Below are positions 55,086-63,851 of a stretch of 64,000 nucleotides of DNA, piece by piece. The notes below the pieces were generated by a model. It was not told the origin of the DNA, did no database searches, and saw only the letters and a list, made by a program, of their open reading frames with translations. The position numbers and the translations under genes are program-made. Positions within the stretch are counted from its first letter, which is position 1; every line of letters starts with the position of its first letter. Origin of the DNA: a virus (lineage: Duplodnaviria > Caudoviricetes); IMG/VR virus record IMGVR_UViG_2565956830_000008, positions 1 to 64,000 of that record; one strand, given 5' to 3'.

Positions 55086-55607
55086 TCAGGGGCGGGGCAT
55101 GCGGGCGCGTACCTCTTCGGCCGTCATGCGGGCGGTGATCTGGTCCACGACCGACTGGATGTCGTCGAGGTCGACGACGGGGTGCCAGGCGCCGAGGAGG
55201 TACACCCAGTCACCGAGGCTCAGGCCGTGCTCGTACGTCTTGGCGGGCGCCTCCTCGAAGGCCTCGGTGGCGTCCAGAAAGGCGCGGCAGCCCGCGTATT
55301 CGAGACGCTCGGCCTCGTTGGTGAAGGGGCAGGAGCTGGAGCCGGGGCCGGTCTTGCGGACCTTGGCTTCGAGCCGCTTGCGGAGAGTGGTGAAGGCCTT
55401 CCCGAAGTCGCCGCCTTCGGCGTCCTCCAGGAGCATCCGGTACGGGAGGGCGTTCGCGGCCTCGTCCACGACCTTGCGCATTGCGCTGGGCTGGACGCCC
55501 TGGGCCATGTCGCGGAGGGACTCGGCAAGGGTGTCGCGTGCGGCCTTCTCTCGGGCGATCGCCTTGTTCGCGAGGGTCGTGAGGGTCTGGATGGTCTCGG
55601 CGTTCAT
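55086..55607 (-). CDS. Hypothetical protein
   Basis: 173 aa; first gene after repeat F. Confidence 0.6.
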   Translation of the reverse strand: MNAETIQTLTTLANKAIAREKAARDTLAESLRDMAQGVQPSAMRKVVDEAANALPYRMLLEDAEGGDFGKAFTTLRKRLEAKVRKTGPGSSSCPFTNEAERLEYAGCRAFLDATEAFEEAPAKTYEHGLSLGDWVYLLGAWHPVVDLDDIQSVVDQITARMTAEEVRARMPRP

Positions 55608-55640
55608 TTCGCTGCCTTTCGCGGCTTGTTGGTGCGTTTT

Positions 55641-55730
55641 GAACTACTTTCATTCTTTCCTAAATGATTTTCCCTAGCCAGTTTTAACAATCTAATTCAG
55701 CAAAAGAACTTCTAAGAAACCAGCAGGTCA
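55641..55730 (-). repeat. Early hairpin repeat F (degenerate stem)
   Basis: Loop and flanks conserved. Confidence 0.85.
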
Positions 55731-55735
55731 GAGGC

Positions 55736-55927
55736 CTATATGCGGTACCCCTTCCTCCGCAGGTCGGCGAGCTTGTTGTCGAGGCCCTGCCCTGCCGGGT
55801 CCGAGGTGGGGAGCCAGGCCAGAGGCTTGCCCGGCTCGGTGACGCGCCACCGGCTTCCCCTCTTGATCACCTCCGCGCCCTGCCCTCGCAGCTTGGCCAC
55901 CAGGGCGTCCACCTTCTTCGACGTCAT
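55736..55927 (-). CDS. Small basic HicA-like protein
   Basis: 63 aa with HicA-like spacing, but GSR instead of GSH. Confidence 0.45.
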   Translation of the reverse strand: MTSKKVDALVAKLRGQGAEVIKRGSRWRVTEPGKPLAWLPTSDPAGQGLDNKLADLRRKGYRI

Positions 55928-55968
55928 GTGCTGATTCCTTCCTTCATGGGTTGCGGGCGGTTCGGGGG

Positions 55969-57492
55969 TCAGACGGCGAGCTGCTGGGGGGCGCGGCGCG
56001 CGCGCTCAGCGGCGACGATCACCGCTGCGCGGGGCTCGTAGCAGGAGACGCAGAGGGACTCGTACCGCGGCTTCCTGCGCGTGCCTGTGTTCAGGCAGCG
56101 GGTCCGCTCGTGCCGCGGGGCGTTGCACTCGGTGTCGGTGCAGGCCGCCTTGCGGGGCTCCTGGTAGCCGATCGCCCGGTGGTGGTGCGCCTGCCAGGCC
56201 TCGAAGTCCATCGGCGAGAACCAGCCGTCGGTGTCGGCCAGGCCGTCGGACACGTACCTGCCGTACGCGGCGCGCTCCTCGGCTTCGTCGCAGACATGGC
56301 CGGCCGCAGGCCAAGTGCCCGCCACGGCGGGGCTCGCCCCGAACAGGTCGAGCTGCTCGGGGGCCTCCGTGTTCGCGTCCAGCGGCGGCAGCTCCTCCGG
56401 CGGGTTGCAGCGCACCGACGGCAGCTCGGGCCTTGGCTGCGGATTCGCGGCGTCGGCGCGGAGCTCGGCGACCACGTCCGGGGCGAGGTGGTGTTCCGCG
56501 ATCTCCTCCTCGGTGGGCACCCATCCGGCGGGCCGACGCCGGCCGAGGCGGTAGGTCATGCCCTGCACCCCCGCCCACACATCCGACAGCCGCTCGTCCC
56601 GCTCCTCCCACGCATGCAGCTCGTCCAGGACGGCGTAGAACCTGTCCCGGTCCGCGCGCCGCCGTGCTTCCTCCTCGCGGAGGGCTTTGGCACGCCGTAC
56701 GGCTTCCTCGCCACCGATGAGCGGCTGGAGCCGGTCGAACAGCTCCTCCTTGCGGTTCTTGGGGACCGGCTTCGGCTGTACCCGCTTCCAGACCGTGACC
56801 GCGCGACGGCCGTCCGCAGTGACGTTCACGGGTCGCCGTCCGAGAACGTCGAGGGCGCCCACGACGACGAACCCGGCCTGCACGAGCGGCTTGAGGCGGT
56901 AGTCGGCGAGGCGCTGGCCAGCGCGCCCAGGCACGGGGACGTGCCGCAGCGAGCCGTCCGGGTCGATGCGGAGCTGGCCGGCCGCCGCACTGACCGCAAG
57001 CTCGGCCTGGCCCGGCGACCAGCCGAGGGCGAACGCCTGCGCTTCCTGGAGGCGCCGCTCCTTAGGGTCGAGGTCCTGCGGCGCGGCCGGGGTCGGCGGC
57101 GCGGCGACCGGCGGGGCGGCATCTTCGACCGGTTCCGGCTGCGCCGCTTCCTCGAGGACCGCCGGTGCGGCGGGCGGCGTCTCGCGGATGCGCTCGCCGG
57201 GCCCGTTGGAGACGTCGACCCAGGGCCGCGGTTTGTCGTCGCAGTACCGGATGGACACGCGGACCGCCCAGCCGCCGTCTTCGCTGACCCAGCGCTCGAC
57301 GTCGTCGGCGTGCTCGGCGATCGTCTCGTCGGCGTGCTGGGTGAGGGTTACGACGTACGTGCAGATGCGCTCACCGTTGCGGTACTCGCCGGTGACGCGG
57401 AAGTCGCCGCCCCTCCCTTGGTCCAGGCCGAGGCGGCGAAGGGCTCGCGCGATAGCGACGCTCGGGCTTGTGGCGGTGGACTGTGTGGCCAT
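55969..57492 (-). CDS. Large hypothetical protein
   Basis: MATQST start with GAGGAG RBS; internal QLDLF; Cys-rich C-terminus. Confidence 0.6.
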   Translation of the reverse strand: MATQSTATSPSVAIARALRRLGLDQGRGGDFRVTGEYRNGERICTYVVTLTQHADETIAEHADDVERWVSEDGGWAVRVSIRYCDDKPRPWVDVSNGPGERIRETPPAAPAVLEEAAQPEPVEDAAPPVAAPPTPAAPQDLDPKERRLQEAQAFALGWSPGQAELAVSAAAGQLRIDPDGSLRHVPVPGRAGQRLADYRLKPLVQAGFVVVGALDVLGRRPVNVTADGRRAVTVWKRVQPKPVPKNRKEELFDRLQPLIGGEEAVRRAKALREEEARRRADRDRFYAVLDELHAWEERDERLSDVWAGVQGMTYRLGRRRPAGWVPTEEEIAEHHLAPDVVAELRADAANPQPRPELPSVRCNPPEELPPLDANTEAPEQLDLFGASPAVAGTWPAAGHVCDEAEERAAYGRYVSDGLADTDGWFSPMDFEAWQAHHHRAIGYQEPRKAACTDTECNAPRHERTRCLNTGTRRKPRYESLCVSCYEPRAAVIVAAERARRAPQQLAV

Positions 57493-57548
57493 CGGTCTTC
57501 TCCTCTCGGGAAGGTGACCGGCGGGGCCGGAGCCCCGCCGGGTGGTGG

Positions 57549-57833
57549 TCAGATGCGGGCGGCGGCCAGAGCGGCGTCGACGATGCCGATCGTCTGACCC
57601 CAGGTGGCTTCGACGTCGGTGAGCTCGGTGCCGCCGTAGCCCTCGCTGCCGGTGATCCGCGCCCTGGTCGGCGTGGCCTGGCCGGCCTCGTCGGTGCCCA
57701 TGCCGGGCAGGAGGACCGTCCAGGTCTGACCCTCGTGATTGACCTCGGTGACCTTGCCGAGGTTCGTCTGAATCCACGTGGTGGAGGTGGCTGCGGCGGC
57801 GAACACGGCGGTGGTGGTGGTGGTGGCGTCCAT
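57549..57833 (-). CDS. Hypothetical protein
   Basis: MDATTT start with GGGAG RBS; after repeat G. Confidence 0.6.
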   Translation of the reverse strand: MDATTTTTAVFAAAATSTTWIQTNLGKVTEVNHEGQTWTVLLPGMGTDEAGQATPTRARITGSEGYGGTELTDVEATWGQTIGIVDAALAAARI

Positions 57834-57868
57834 GGCGGGCTCCCGTTCTCTGCTGGTTGGTGTGTTTT

Positions 57869-57957
57869 GAACTATTTTCATTCTTTCCGAAACGACTTGC
57901 CCTAGCCAGTTTTAACAAGCCGTTTCGGCAAAAGAACTTCTAAGAAACCGCAGGTCA
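57869..57957 (-). repeat. Early hairpin repeat G
   Basis: CCGAAACGGCTTG/CAAGTCGTTTCGG stem. Confidence 0.9.
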
Positions 57958-57976
57958 GGAGCCCATCAGGCGGTCG

Positions 57977-58168
57977 TCAGGCAGTGCGCCTCATGTCGAT
58001 TTCCGGCCGCCGCAGCTCTTCGGTGACCTCCTCGACGGTCGGTCCGCCCTGCCAGGTGAGGGACGGCCTCACGTCCTGCGGCTCGCGCAGCACCCACCCG
58101 GCGTCCGGCCAGATCAGCCGCACCCGGTACAGGATCCGGTCGAGGGGCACCGGGCCCTTCGCGGTCAC
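57977..58168 (-). CDS. Small hypothetical protein
   Basis: GTGA-coupled start (MTAKGP), 63 aa. Confidence 0.45.
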   Translation of the reverse strand: MTAKGPVPLDRILYRVRLIWPDAGWVLREPQDVRPSLTWQGGPTVEEVTEELRRPEIDMRRTA

Positions 58169-58692
58169 TGGCCGAGCTCCGCATGACCGTTGAGGCCCGC
58201 CAGCCTGCGGACCATCGGCCAGGCGTCGGCCTCGTACTTGCTCACGACCCCGTCCACGTGGCCGTGCCGGTCCGGCAGGGCGTCGCCGTCCGCGTCGACG
58301 TGGCCGGTCACGGCCTCCTCGTACTCGTGGACCAGTTCGGCGGCCTGGTCCGCGAGGTCGTCGAGGTCGCGCTGCCGCTGATACTCGGTCCGCAGGTCGC
58401 TCCAGTGGATTCCCCGCTCGCCGTCCGGCAGGCCCTCGTGGGACTCGTCGGCGATGACGTAGCAGTCGATCGTCTCGTCGGCCACCATGTGCCAGGCGAG
58501 GGCCTTCACCCAGGCCTTCTCGGTGGAGCACTCGTCGACCACGTACGTGGTGGGCCGCGTGCCGTCGTAGCGCTCGGGTCCGGCGACGGTGACGGTGAAC
58601 GGCCGAACGGTCTGCCGGTAGTCGAGGGGCAGGTTGCCGTACACGGGCTCGCCGCCGAAGCGCTCGGGGGTCTGGATGTCGTGCTGGCTCAT
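58165..58692 (-). CDS. Hypothetical protein
   Basis: 175 aa, acidic. Confidence 0.6.
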   Translation of the reverse strand: MSQHDIQTPERFGGEPVYGNLPLDYRQTVRPFTVTVAGPERYDGTRPTTYVVDECSTEKAWVKALAWHMVADETIDCYVIADESHEGLPDGERGIHWSDLRTEYQRQRDLDDLADQAAELVHEYEEAVTGHVDADGDALPDRHGHVDGVVSKYEADAWPMVRRLAGLNGHAELGQ

Positions 58693-58720
58693 GCTCGTCG
58701 TCCTGTTCTGTGCGAGGTGG

Positions 58721-59602
58721 TCAGTCTGCGAGGTGCGCGCGGAGTGCTTCGCCGGCGGCCCTCACGCGCTCGGCGGTCCAGCCGGACCCGGACAGGGTCA
58801 GCCGGGCCCGCTCGTTCCTCGGACCGTCGACGGCGACGATCTTCACGCTCATCGTCGCCACGTCGACGCCGAACCAGAGGTCGCCGACGGCCGGAGGCGT
58901 CATCTCCCGCGCCTGCCGCCAGTGGACCGGCACCCGTTCCTCGTCGGCGCCGTCCGGGCCGGGACATGCTTGGGAGATCGCGTTCAGCAGCTCGTCGCCG
59001 TGCGCGCAGTCGCCGTGGTGGTGGAGGAGGGCGACCCCGGTCCTGGCCACTCGGAAGGCGTGCCGGGTGAACGACGGCCAGGTCTTCGTGACGATGGAGC
59101 AGCCCCAGGCGGGGACGCGGGCTGTGCGTTCCAGCCAGAAGCCCTCACCGTGCTCGTCGATGTACGGGCGGCCGAGGTCCCAGCCGCGCACGCGGGCCAT
59201 GGCGTCCCAGCCCAGTGGCGGCCGGTTGCGGTAGTCGCGGTCGTCGGGGCCGGTCGTCAGCCACAGGCGCCAGCCGTCCGGGCCGGTGAACATCGTGTCG
59301 GCCGCGAAGACCGGCTCGATGCGGACCAGGACCCGGGGGACGTTCACCGGAATGACGGTCCACTGCTCGTCGACGGCCTGTCGCACCGGGCAGTCGTTGC
59401 AGTCACCGCGGTTGACGCAGGGCCCGAACCCTCCCCAGCGGGCCCGCCGGGTGTCGTGGGACTCCAGCAGCGACCCCCAGCGTCGGGGCCGCAGGGCGCA
59501 CTGATTCGGCAGGCCGAAGTGAGCGTTGAGGCTCAGCCTGTTCCACCCCTTCCCGTCCGGTCCGCCGGCCGGGGCCTCGGGTGCACGCAGGAAGATCGGC
59601 AT
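58721..59602 (-). CDS. Hypothetical protein
   Basis: MPIFLR start; Trp-rich with C...C..CP cluster. Confidence 0.6.
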   Translation of the reverse strand: MPIFLRAPEAPAGGPDGKGWNRLSLNAHFGLPNQCALRPRRWGSLLESHDTRRARWGGFGPCVNRGDCNDCPVRQAVDEQWTVIPVNVPRVLVRIEPVFAADTMFTGPDGWRLWLTTGPDDRDYRNRPPLGWDAMARVRGWDLGRPYIDEHGEGFWLERTARVPAWGCSIVTKTWPSFTRHAFRVARTGVALLHHHGDCAHGDELLNAISQACPGPDGADEERVPVHWRQAREMTPPAVGDLWFGVDVATMSVKIVAVDGPRNERARLTLSGSGWTAERVRAAGEALRAHLAD

Positions 59603-59603
59603 C

Positions 59604-60254
59604 TCAGCTCTCTCCCTCTTCCCGGCTGAAGCGGCTGGCGTTCGCGACGAGCCAGCAGGCGAGGGACAGAGCGGTGGTCGCGCACTCCTCGGTGAGCGGC
59701 AGGCCCGGCCGCGCGACGAACAGCTCGTTGACGTACTCGCCGTCGGCCGCGTACAGGGACGCCGCCCACGGCTCGTCGTGCTGCTCGGCGGGCCGACCCG
59801 CGTCCTCGCCGGAGTGCAGGAACACTCTGGGCCCGGTGTGGGCGGCGCCCTCGTCGGCTGTGCGGTTGGCGGCGACCAGGACGTAGGAGACCCCCCTGTC
59901 CTCGACGTAGAACGAGGGGATCCCGAACGTGGACAGGGCGGCGCGCAGCATCCCGCCCTCGGTGGGGCCGCCGGTGACTGCGGCGTCGATCGCCGCCTGG
60001 AACATGGCATCCAGCCCGGTGGTGAGACCGGCCGAGAAGAACACGGCCCGCAGCCCGTCCTCGTCATAGCCGGTGAGCGTGCGCATCACCCGCTCTGTGG
60101 TCTCCAGGTGGGCGGGGCACGTGGCGAGGCCCAGTCCGCTCGTGGCTTCGACAGAGATGACGGCCTTGCCGTTGCTGCCGAGGATCTCGCAGGCGACGCA
60201 CGGCATCTGCCACCAGCTCGGGAAGCTGTGCACGCGGGTATCGAACGTGATCAT
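59604..60254 (-). CDS. Hypothetical protein
   Basis: 216 aa; CxxC...CxxH at the N-terminus. Confidence 0.6.
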   Translation of the reverse strand: MITFDTRVHSFPSWWQMPCVACEILGSNGKAVISVEATSGLGLATCPAHLETTERVMRTLTGYDEDGLRAVFFSAGLTTGLDAMFQAAIDAAVTGGPTEGGMLRAALSTFGIPSFYVEDRGVSYVLVAANRTADEGAAHTGPRVFLHSGEDAGRPAEQHDEPWAASLYAADGEYVNELFVARPGLPLTEECATTALSLACWLVANASRFSREEGES

Positions 60255-60283
60255 GCGGGGTCTCCTGTGTGGGTGCGGGCCGG

Positions 60284-60811
60284 TCAGAGCGTGGCGAGGT
60301 CGGCGGGCGCCTTGCCGCGGTTGCAGGGCCGGTTGTTGTCGACGGCGACGGCAGCGGCCAGGCGCTCGTGCTTGCGGTGCAGGGCGATCAGCCCGGTGAG
60401 GGCCGCGTTCAGGACCTCGTCGTCGCGGGAGTTGAGGTGCCCGTGCTCGATCAGGGCGATCCGGCGGGCGCGCAGGTCAGCGTCCTCGCGGGCGAGCTGC
60501 ATGCTGACCGCGTTGAGCGGCTGCATCGTCGGCGTCTCGCCGGTGACCGGCGCGGTGGCGTAGCCGACGATCACCGCCGGGGTCATGAAGTCGTTCTGCG
60601 TGAGCAGCTCGGCCGCCTCGCGCAGGGCGTCCACGGCGGGCTGAGGGAGCTGGCCGGGCTCGTCGACCGGGTACGACTGGATGGCGATCGCGGCGTCCTC
60701 GATGGCCCCGGCGAGCGTCTCGATCATGTAGCGCTGCGGGTGGTGGGCCCTGCCGCGTACGACGGCGGCGAGGTGGTTGAGGCGGCGGGCGGTGGCGAGG
60801 TAGGCGGACAT
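60284..60811 (-). CDS. Hypothetical protein
   Basis: 175 aa with AAGGAG RBS. Confidence 0.6.
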   Translation of the reverse strand: MSAYLATARRLNHLAAVVRGRAHHPQRYMIETLAGAIEDAAIAIQSYPVDEPGQLPQPAVDALREAAELLTQNDFMTPAVIVGYATAPVTGETPTMQPLNAVSMQLAREDADLRARRIALIEHGHLNSRDDEVLNAALTGLIALHRKHERLAAAVAVDNNRPCNRGKAPADLATL

Positions 60812-60830
60812 CGGTGTGTCTCCTTCGTGA

Positions 60831-61172
60831 TCAGGCGGCGGCCACGTACTGCGCGGCCACGGCGTGGTAGCAGCGGACGGAGCGCAGGCCGGCCGGGCAG
60901 TTGCACTGGCCGGTGGCGGCGGTCCGGTAGACCTCCGTGCCGTCGTCGGCGACGACGAGGAAGATCCGGTTCTGGCGGAGCGGGATGACGGCGCCGAGCT
61001 CCAGGAGTTCGAGGGCCTTGGCGACCTGCCATTTCGGGCTGGCCGTGTCGGTCCGCGCGTTGCGGCGGACCTTCAGGCGGCACTTCGGGCCGTAGCCGTC
61101 GGGCGACGGCTTGCGGAGCGGGCGGCGGCACTTCAGGCACCTGCCGTGCTCGGTGGCCTTCTTTGCGCGCAT
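60831..61172 (-). CDS. DUF6011-like zinc finger plus SWIM-type zinc finger protein
   Basis: CLKCRRPL...GYGPKC and CNCPAG...CYH. Confidence 0.7.
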   Translation of the reverse strand: MRAKKATEHGRCLKCRRPLRKPSPDGYGPKCRLKVRRNARTDTASPKWQVAKALELLELGAVIPLRQNRIFLVVADDGTEVYRTAATGQCNCPAGLRSVRCYHAVAAQYVAAA

Positions 61173-61203
61173 GTCCCGCTCCCGTCTCGGTTGGTGGTGG
61201 TTT

Positions 61204-61293
61204 GAACTACTTTCATTCTTTCCAAATCGACTTGCCCTATCCAGTTTTAACAAGTCAATTCATTAAAGGTGGCGCAAAGAAAACCGCAGGTCA
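61204..61293 (-). repeat. Early hairpin repeat H
   Basis: GAATTGACTTG/CAAGTCGATTT stem. Confidence 0.85.
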
Positions 61294-61313
61294 CAGGCCT
61301 GCGGCTCCCTCGG

Positions 61314-61655
61314 CTACTGGTCGGCGGGCCGGGTGCACTCGTCATGTCGGTCGCAGTTGCAGCGCCCGCATGCGGCGCACATCTGGTCGGCTTCCAGCCC
61401 GCAGGCACCGCACCCTCCCGTCAGCTCCAGTTCGAGGTCGTCGAGGAAGATCTGCCGGTCGATCGCGGCTTGCTGGTGCGTCGTGCGGCGAAAGCGGCGG
61501 ACAACGGTCCAGAACTCGTCCGGCGCGTTCGTGTGCTGGTCCTCGGCGAGGTAGGAGGCGGCAGCGCTCACGTCGCACCACTCGTGCGGGTCCACGCCGC
61601 ACGCGGACAACGCCCGCTCGATCTCGCCTTTGAAGGTCTCGAAGCTCTGCGTCAC
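61314..61655 (-). CDS. Hypothetical protein, Cys-rich C-terminus
   Basis: 113 aa; CGAC...CAAC..CNC..H..C. Confidence 0.55.
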   Translation of the reverse strand: MTQSFETFKGEIERALSACGVDPHEWCDVSAAASYLAEDQHTNAPDEFWTVVRRFRRTTHQQAAIDRQIFLDDLELELTGGCGACGLEADQMCAACGRCNCDRHDECTRPADQ

Positions 61656-61688
61656 GTTCGCTCGGCCCTTTCGCGTCGTCTGTTCTGG

Positions 61689-62384
61689 TCAGGCGCCCGG
61701 GGTGGGAAGGACCCGCTCGACGGTCACGACGTCCCAGGCCGCGTTCGCGACGGGCACGGCGAACGCCCACTGGCCGCGGTAGGTGCGCCGCTGGTCGTCC
61801 TCGGTGGCTCCCTCGACGAGCGCCCACCATTCGCCCTGGCTGGTGGCCGGGTTGATCCGCACGCCGGTGTCGAGGACGGTCAGGCGGGTGCCGAAGGCGT
61901 GCAGGACGTCGGCGGACTCGACGAGCATGCGCGGGGTCTCGAAGGCGACGGGCAGGCCGGCCGTGATCCGGGCCGTCTGTGCGGCGGACGGGTCGGCGAG
62001 TTTGTAGCCCAGCTCGATCGCCACCTGCTCGGCCCGGTCGACGCTGGGGATGTAGTCGCCCTTGCAGTATTCGCGGGCCGGCTTGCCGAGCTTGCTGTAC
62101 GCGTGGAAGGCGCCGAACTGCTCGGTGATCGCGACGGGCCATGCGACGACAACGAAGCCGACGATGCGCTCGGACTCGACGACCACCACGTTCCCGTCGG
62201 CCACGTGCTCCCGGTCGACGGCCGCGCAGACGTCGGCGCTGCTCGCGAAGTGCCAGACCTTCGGCTTGGCCTCCTTGGCGGCGGCGCGCGCCGTGTCGAC
62301 GGCTTCGATGAGCTGGCCGAGCTGGAAGGCAGCGGCGGCCTGCGGGTTTCCCTGGGCCAGGCGCTCCGCGTAGGTCTCACTCAT
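61689..62384 (-). CDS. Hypothetical protein
   Basis: MSETYAE start with AGGAG RBS; after repeat I. Confidence 0.6.
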   Translation of the reverse strand: MSETYAERLAQGNPQAAAAFQLGQLIEAVDTARAAAKEAKPKVWHFASSADVCAAVDREHVADGNVVVVESERIVGFVVVAWPVAITEQFGAFHAYSKLGKPAREYCKGDYIPSVDRAEQVAIELGYKLADPSAAQTARITAGLPVAFETPRMLVESADVLHAFGTRLTVLDTGVRINPATSQGEWWALVEGATEDDQRRTYRGQWAFAVPVANAAWDVVTVERVLPTPGA

Positions 62385-62419
62385 GATCAGGCCCTCTCCT
62401 TCTGTCTGGGGCGGTTTGT

Positions 62420-62490
62420 GGTGCTGCTTCCATTCTTTCCAAATCAACTTGCCCTAGCCAGTTTTCACAACTGTATTCGGTAAAGTGATC
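62420..62490 (-). repeat. Early hairpin repeat I (lacks TGACCTGC end)
   Basis: GAAAACTGGCTAGGGCAAGTTGATTTGGAAAGAATGG core, in the divergent intergenic region. Confidence 0.8.
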
Positions 62491-62548
62491 GCAAAGGTTG
62501 ACCCGCTTCAACCGGTTTGCCCAAACCCTCTCGTGAAAGACTGGTGCC

Positions 62549-62836
62549 ATGCCCGAGCTCTTCAACCGGGGCGGCAAGCCGCTGCCCGAGTACAAGCCCA
62601 GCGACGCCGTCCTCGACGCCCTCGCCGCATGGAAGAAAGCCCTCGAAGAAGAGGAGAGGACGCGCCATGCGGCGCGCAAGGCGCTGGCCGATGAGCTGAA
62701 GGCTGACACCGATCTGCCGTACGCGTCCGTCGCCGCGCACCCGCTCGTGCCGTGGACCGAGGCGACCCTGCGCATCATCGGCACCGAGTACGGCGTCCCG
62801 CCCCGGCAGCCCAACAAGGCCAAGAAGCAGGACTAG
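62549..62836 (+). CDS. Small divergent putative DNA-binding regulator
   Basis: 95 aa, helical, YASVA...WTEATLR.I HTH-like; the only plus-strand gene in the early region. Confidence 0.55.
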   Translation: MPELFNRGGKPLPEYKPSDAVLDALAAWKKALEEEERTRHAARKALADELKADTDLPYASVAAHPLVPWTEATLRIIGTEYGVPPRQPNKAKKQD

Positions 62837-62852
62837 CCCCGACAGCACGACG

Positions 62853-62884
62853 AGGGCCCCGCACCGGATCCGGTGCGGGGCCCT
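62853..62884. terminator. Perfect 32-bp palindrome between convergent genes
   Basis: AGGGCCCCGCACCGGA/TCCGGTGCGGGGCCCT. Confidence 0.7.
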
Positions 62885-62890
62885 TGCGCG

Positions 62891-63070
62891 TCAGCTCCGG
62901 TCGGCCTTCAACGCCACCGCCACTTCCTTGATCTTCTGGCTTGTCGACAACTCGGCGCGCACCGGGTTGTCACCCGGGACGCCGGCCTGGCGCGCGTCCT
63001 CTACGAACTGCGCCAGCTCGTCGAGGGTCATGTCCTTGTCGTCACCGTGGAACGTCAGGGAGGCGGGCAT
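62891..63070 (-). CDS. Small hypothetical protein (59 aa)
   Basis: MPASLTFHGDDKDMTLDELAQFV...; below the ORF-track cutoff. Confidence 0.55.
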   Translation of the reverse strand: MPASLTFHGDDKDMTLDELAQFVEDARQAGVPGDNPVRAELSTSQKIKEVAVALKADRS

Positions 63071-63074
63071 GAGC

Positions 63075-63851
63075 TCAGGATGCCTGATCCCCGAGGATGT
63101 TGAGGGCGTCTTCGGTGTGCTCCTCGAACGCCTCTTGCCTGGATCGTTCGACGCGGTTCACGAGGTCCTGGAGCCTCTGCCGCTCGGCCTCCTCGTCGGC
63201 TGACCGATGCTGTGCCGCGGTTGCCTGAACGCGCCCCTGAACTCGCCACCGCACGTGCGTACGCGCCGGGTTCTGTTCGTCCGGCACCGTCTCGAAGCCG
63301 TTGTTGCTGTTGTTGTTGCTGGTCAACGCCCCTGCAACAGGGGCGCCCTGGGCGGAAGGGGGGAGGGGCGGGAAGTCGCTTTTCTTGACGCCCGGGGATA
63401 CGGCCACCTTCCGCCCCTTCATGCGCACTCCACCCGAGCGGGGGATGCCGGCGGCGTCGAGGGCCTGGCGTACGTGGTCGGCGGTGGTGTTGAGGTGCTC
63501 GGCGAGCGCGCTGGTGTGGGCGTGCGGGGCGCCGACGGCGTGCAGGGCGCGGGTGAGGCGGGCGCGGGTCAGCTCGTGTGCGGCAGCCTCGTCGTCGGGC
63601 TGTTCTTCGTCGTCCTCGTTGTCCTTGCGCCGCTTCTCAAGCCAGCTGCGCGCTTTCTGCCAGCCGAGGGTGCAGAGGATCCCGGCCACGAAGTACGCCA
63701 CGTACGGGTACGCGGTGACAACTACCTTCAAGACCAGGAAAGCCACGCCGGTCAGGATCAGCACGACGACCCCGCCCGCGATCAGGTTTGACTCCCCTGT
63801 CTCCTCCCCCGCCTCTTTGCTGGTCTCTGGCTCCGTGGTCTCTTCGGCCAT
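63075..63851 (-). CDS. Membrane protein with two TM helices and an HTH-like segment
   Basis: 258 aa; two hydrophobic helices, then HTSALAEHL...VRQAL. Confidence 0.6.
   Translation of the reverse strand: MAEETTEPETSKEAGEETGESNLIAGGVVVLILTGVAFLVLKVVVTAYPYVAYFVAGILCTLGWQKARSWLEKRRKDNEDDEEQPDDEAAAHELTRARLTRALHAVGAPHAHTSALAEHLNTTADHVRQALDAAGIPRSGGVRMKGRKVAVSPGVKKSDFPPLPPSAQGAPVAGALTSNNNSNNGFETVPDEQNPARTHVRWRVQGRVQATAAQHRSADEEAERQRLQDLVNRVERSRQEAFEEHTEDALNILGDQAS

Noticed and set aside
49818-57543. Other GC-rich intergenic hairpins (~49818, ~50321, ~51905, ~57518)
   Set aside because: No shared loop sequence; consistent with ordinary terminators or stabilisers.
45698-62447. Conserved MKVVQ-type leader peptide starting inside each early repeat
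   Set aside because: The ATG is in frame with the next gene in some copies and out of frame in others, and most downstream genes have their own RBS.
45733-62490. Early repeats as a CRISPR array
   Set aside because: The units are ~90 bp, separated by kilobase gene blocks, and no cas genes are present.
45733-62490. Early repeats as a classical integron
   Set aside because: No IntI or other recombinase in the window and no consistent RYYYAAC/GTTRRRY ends; kept only as an analogy.
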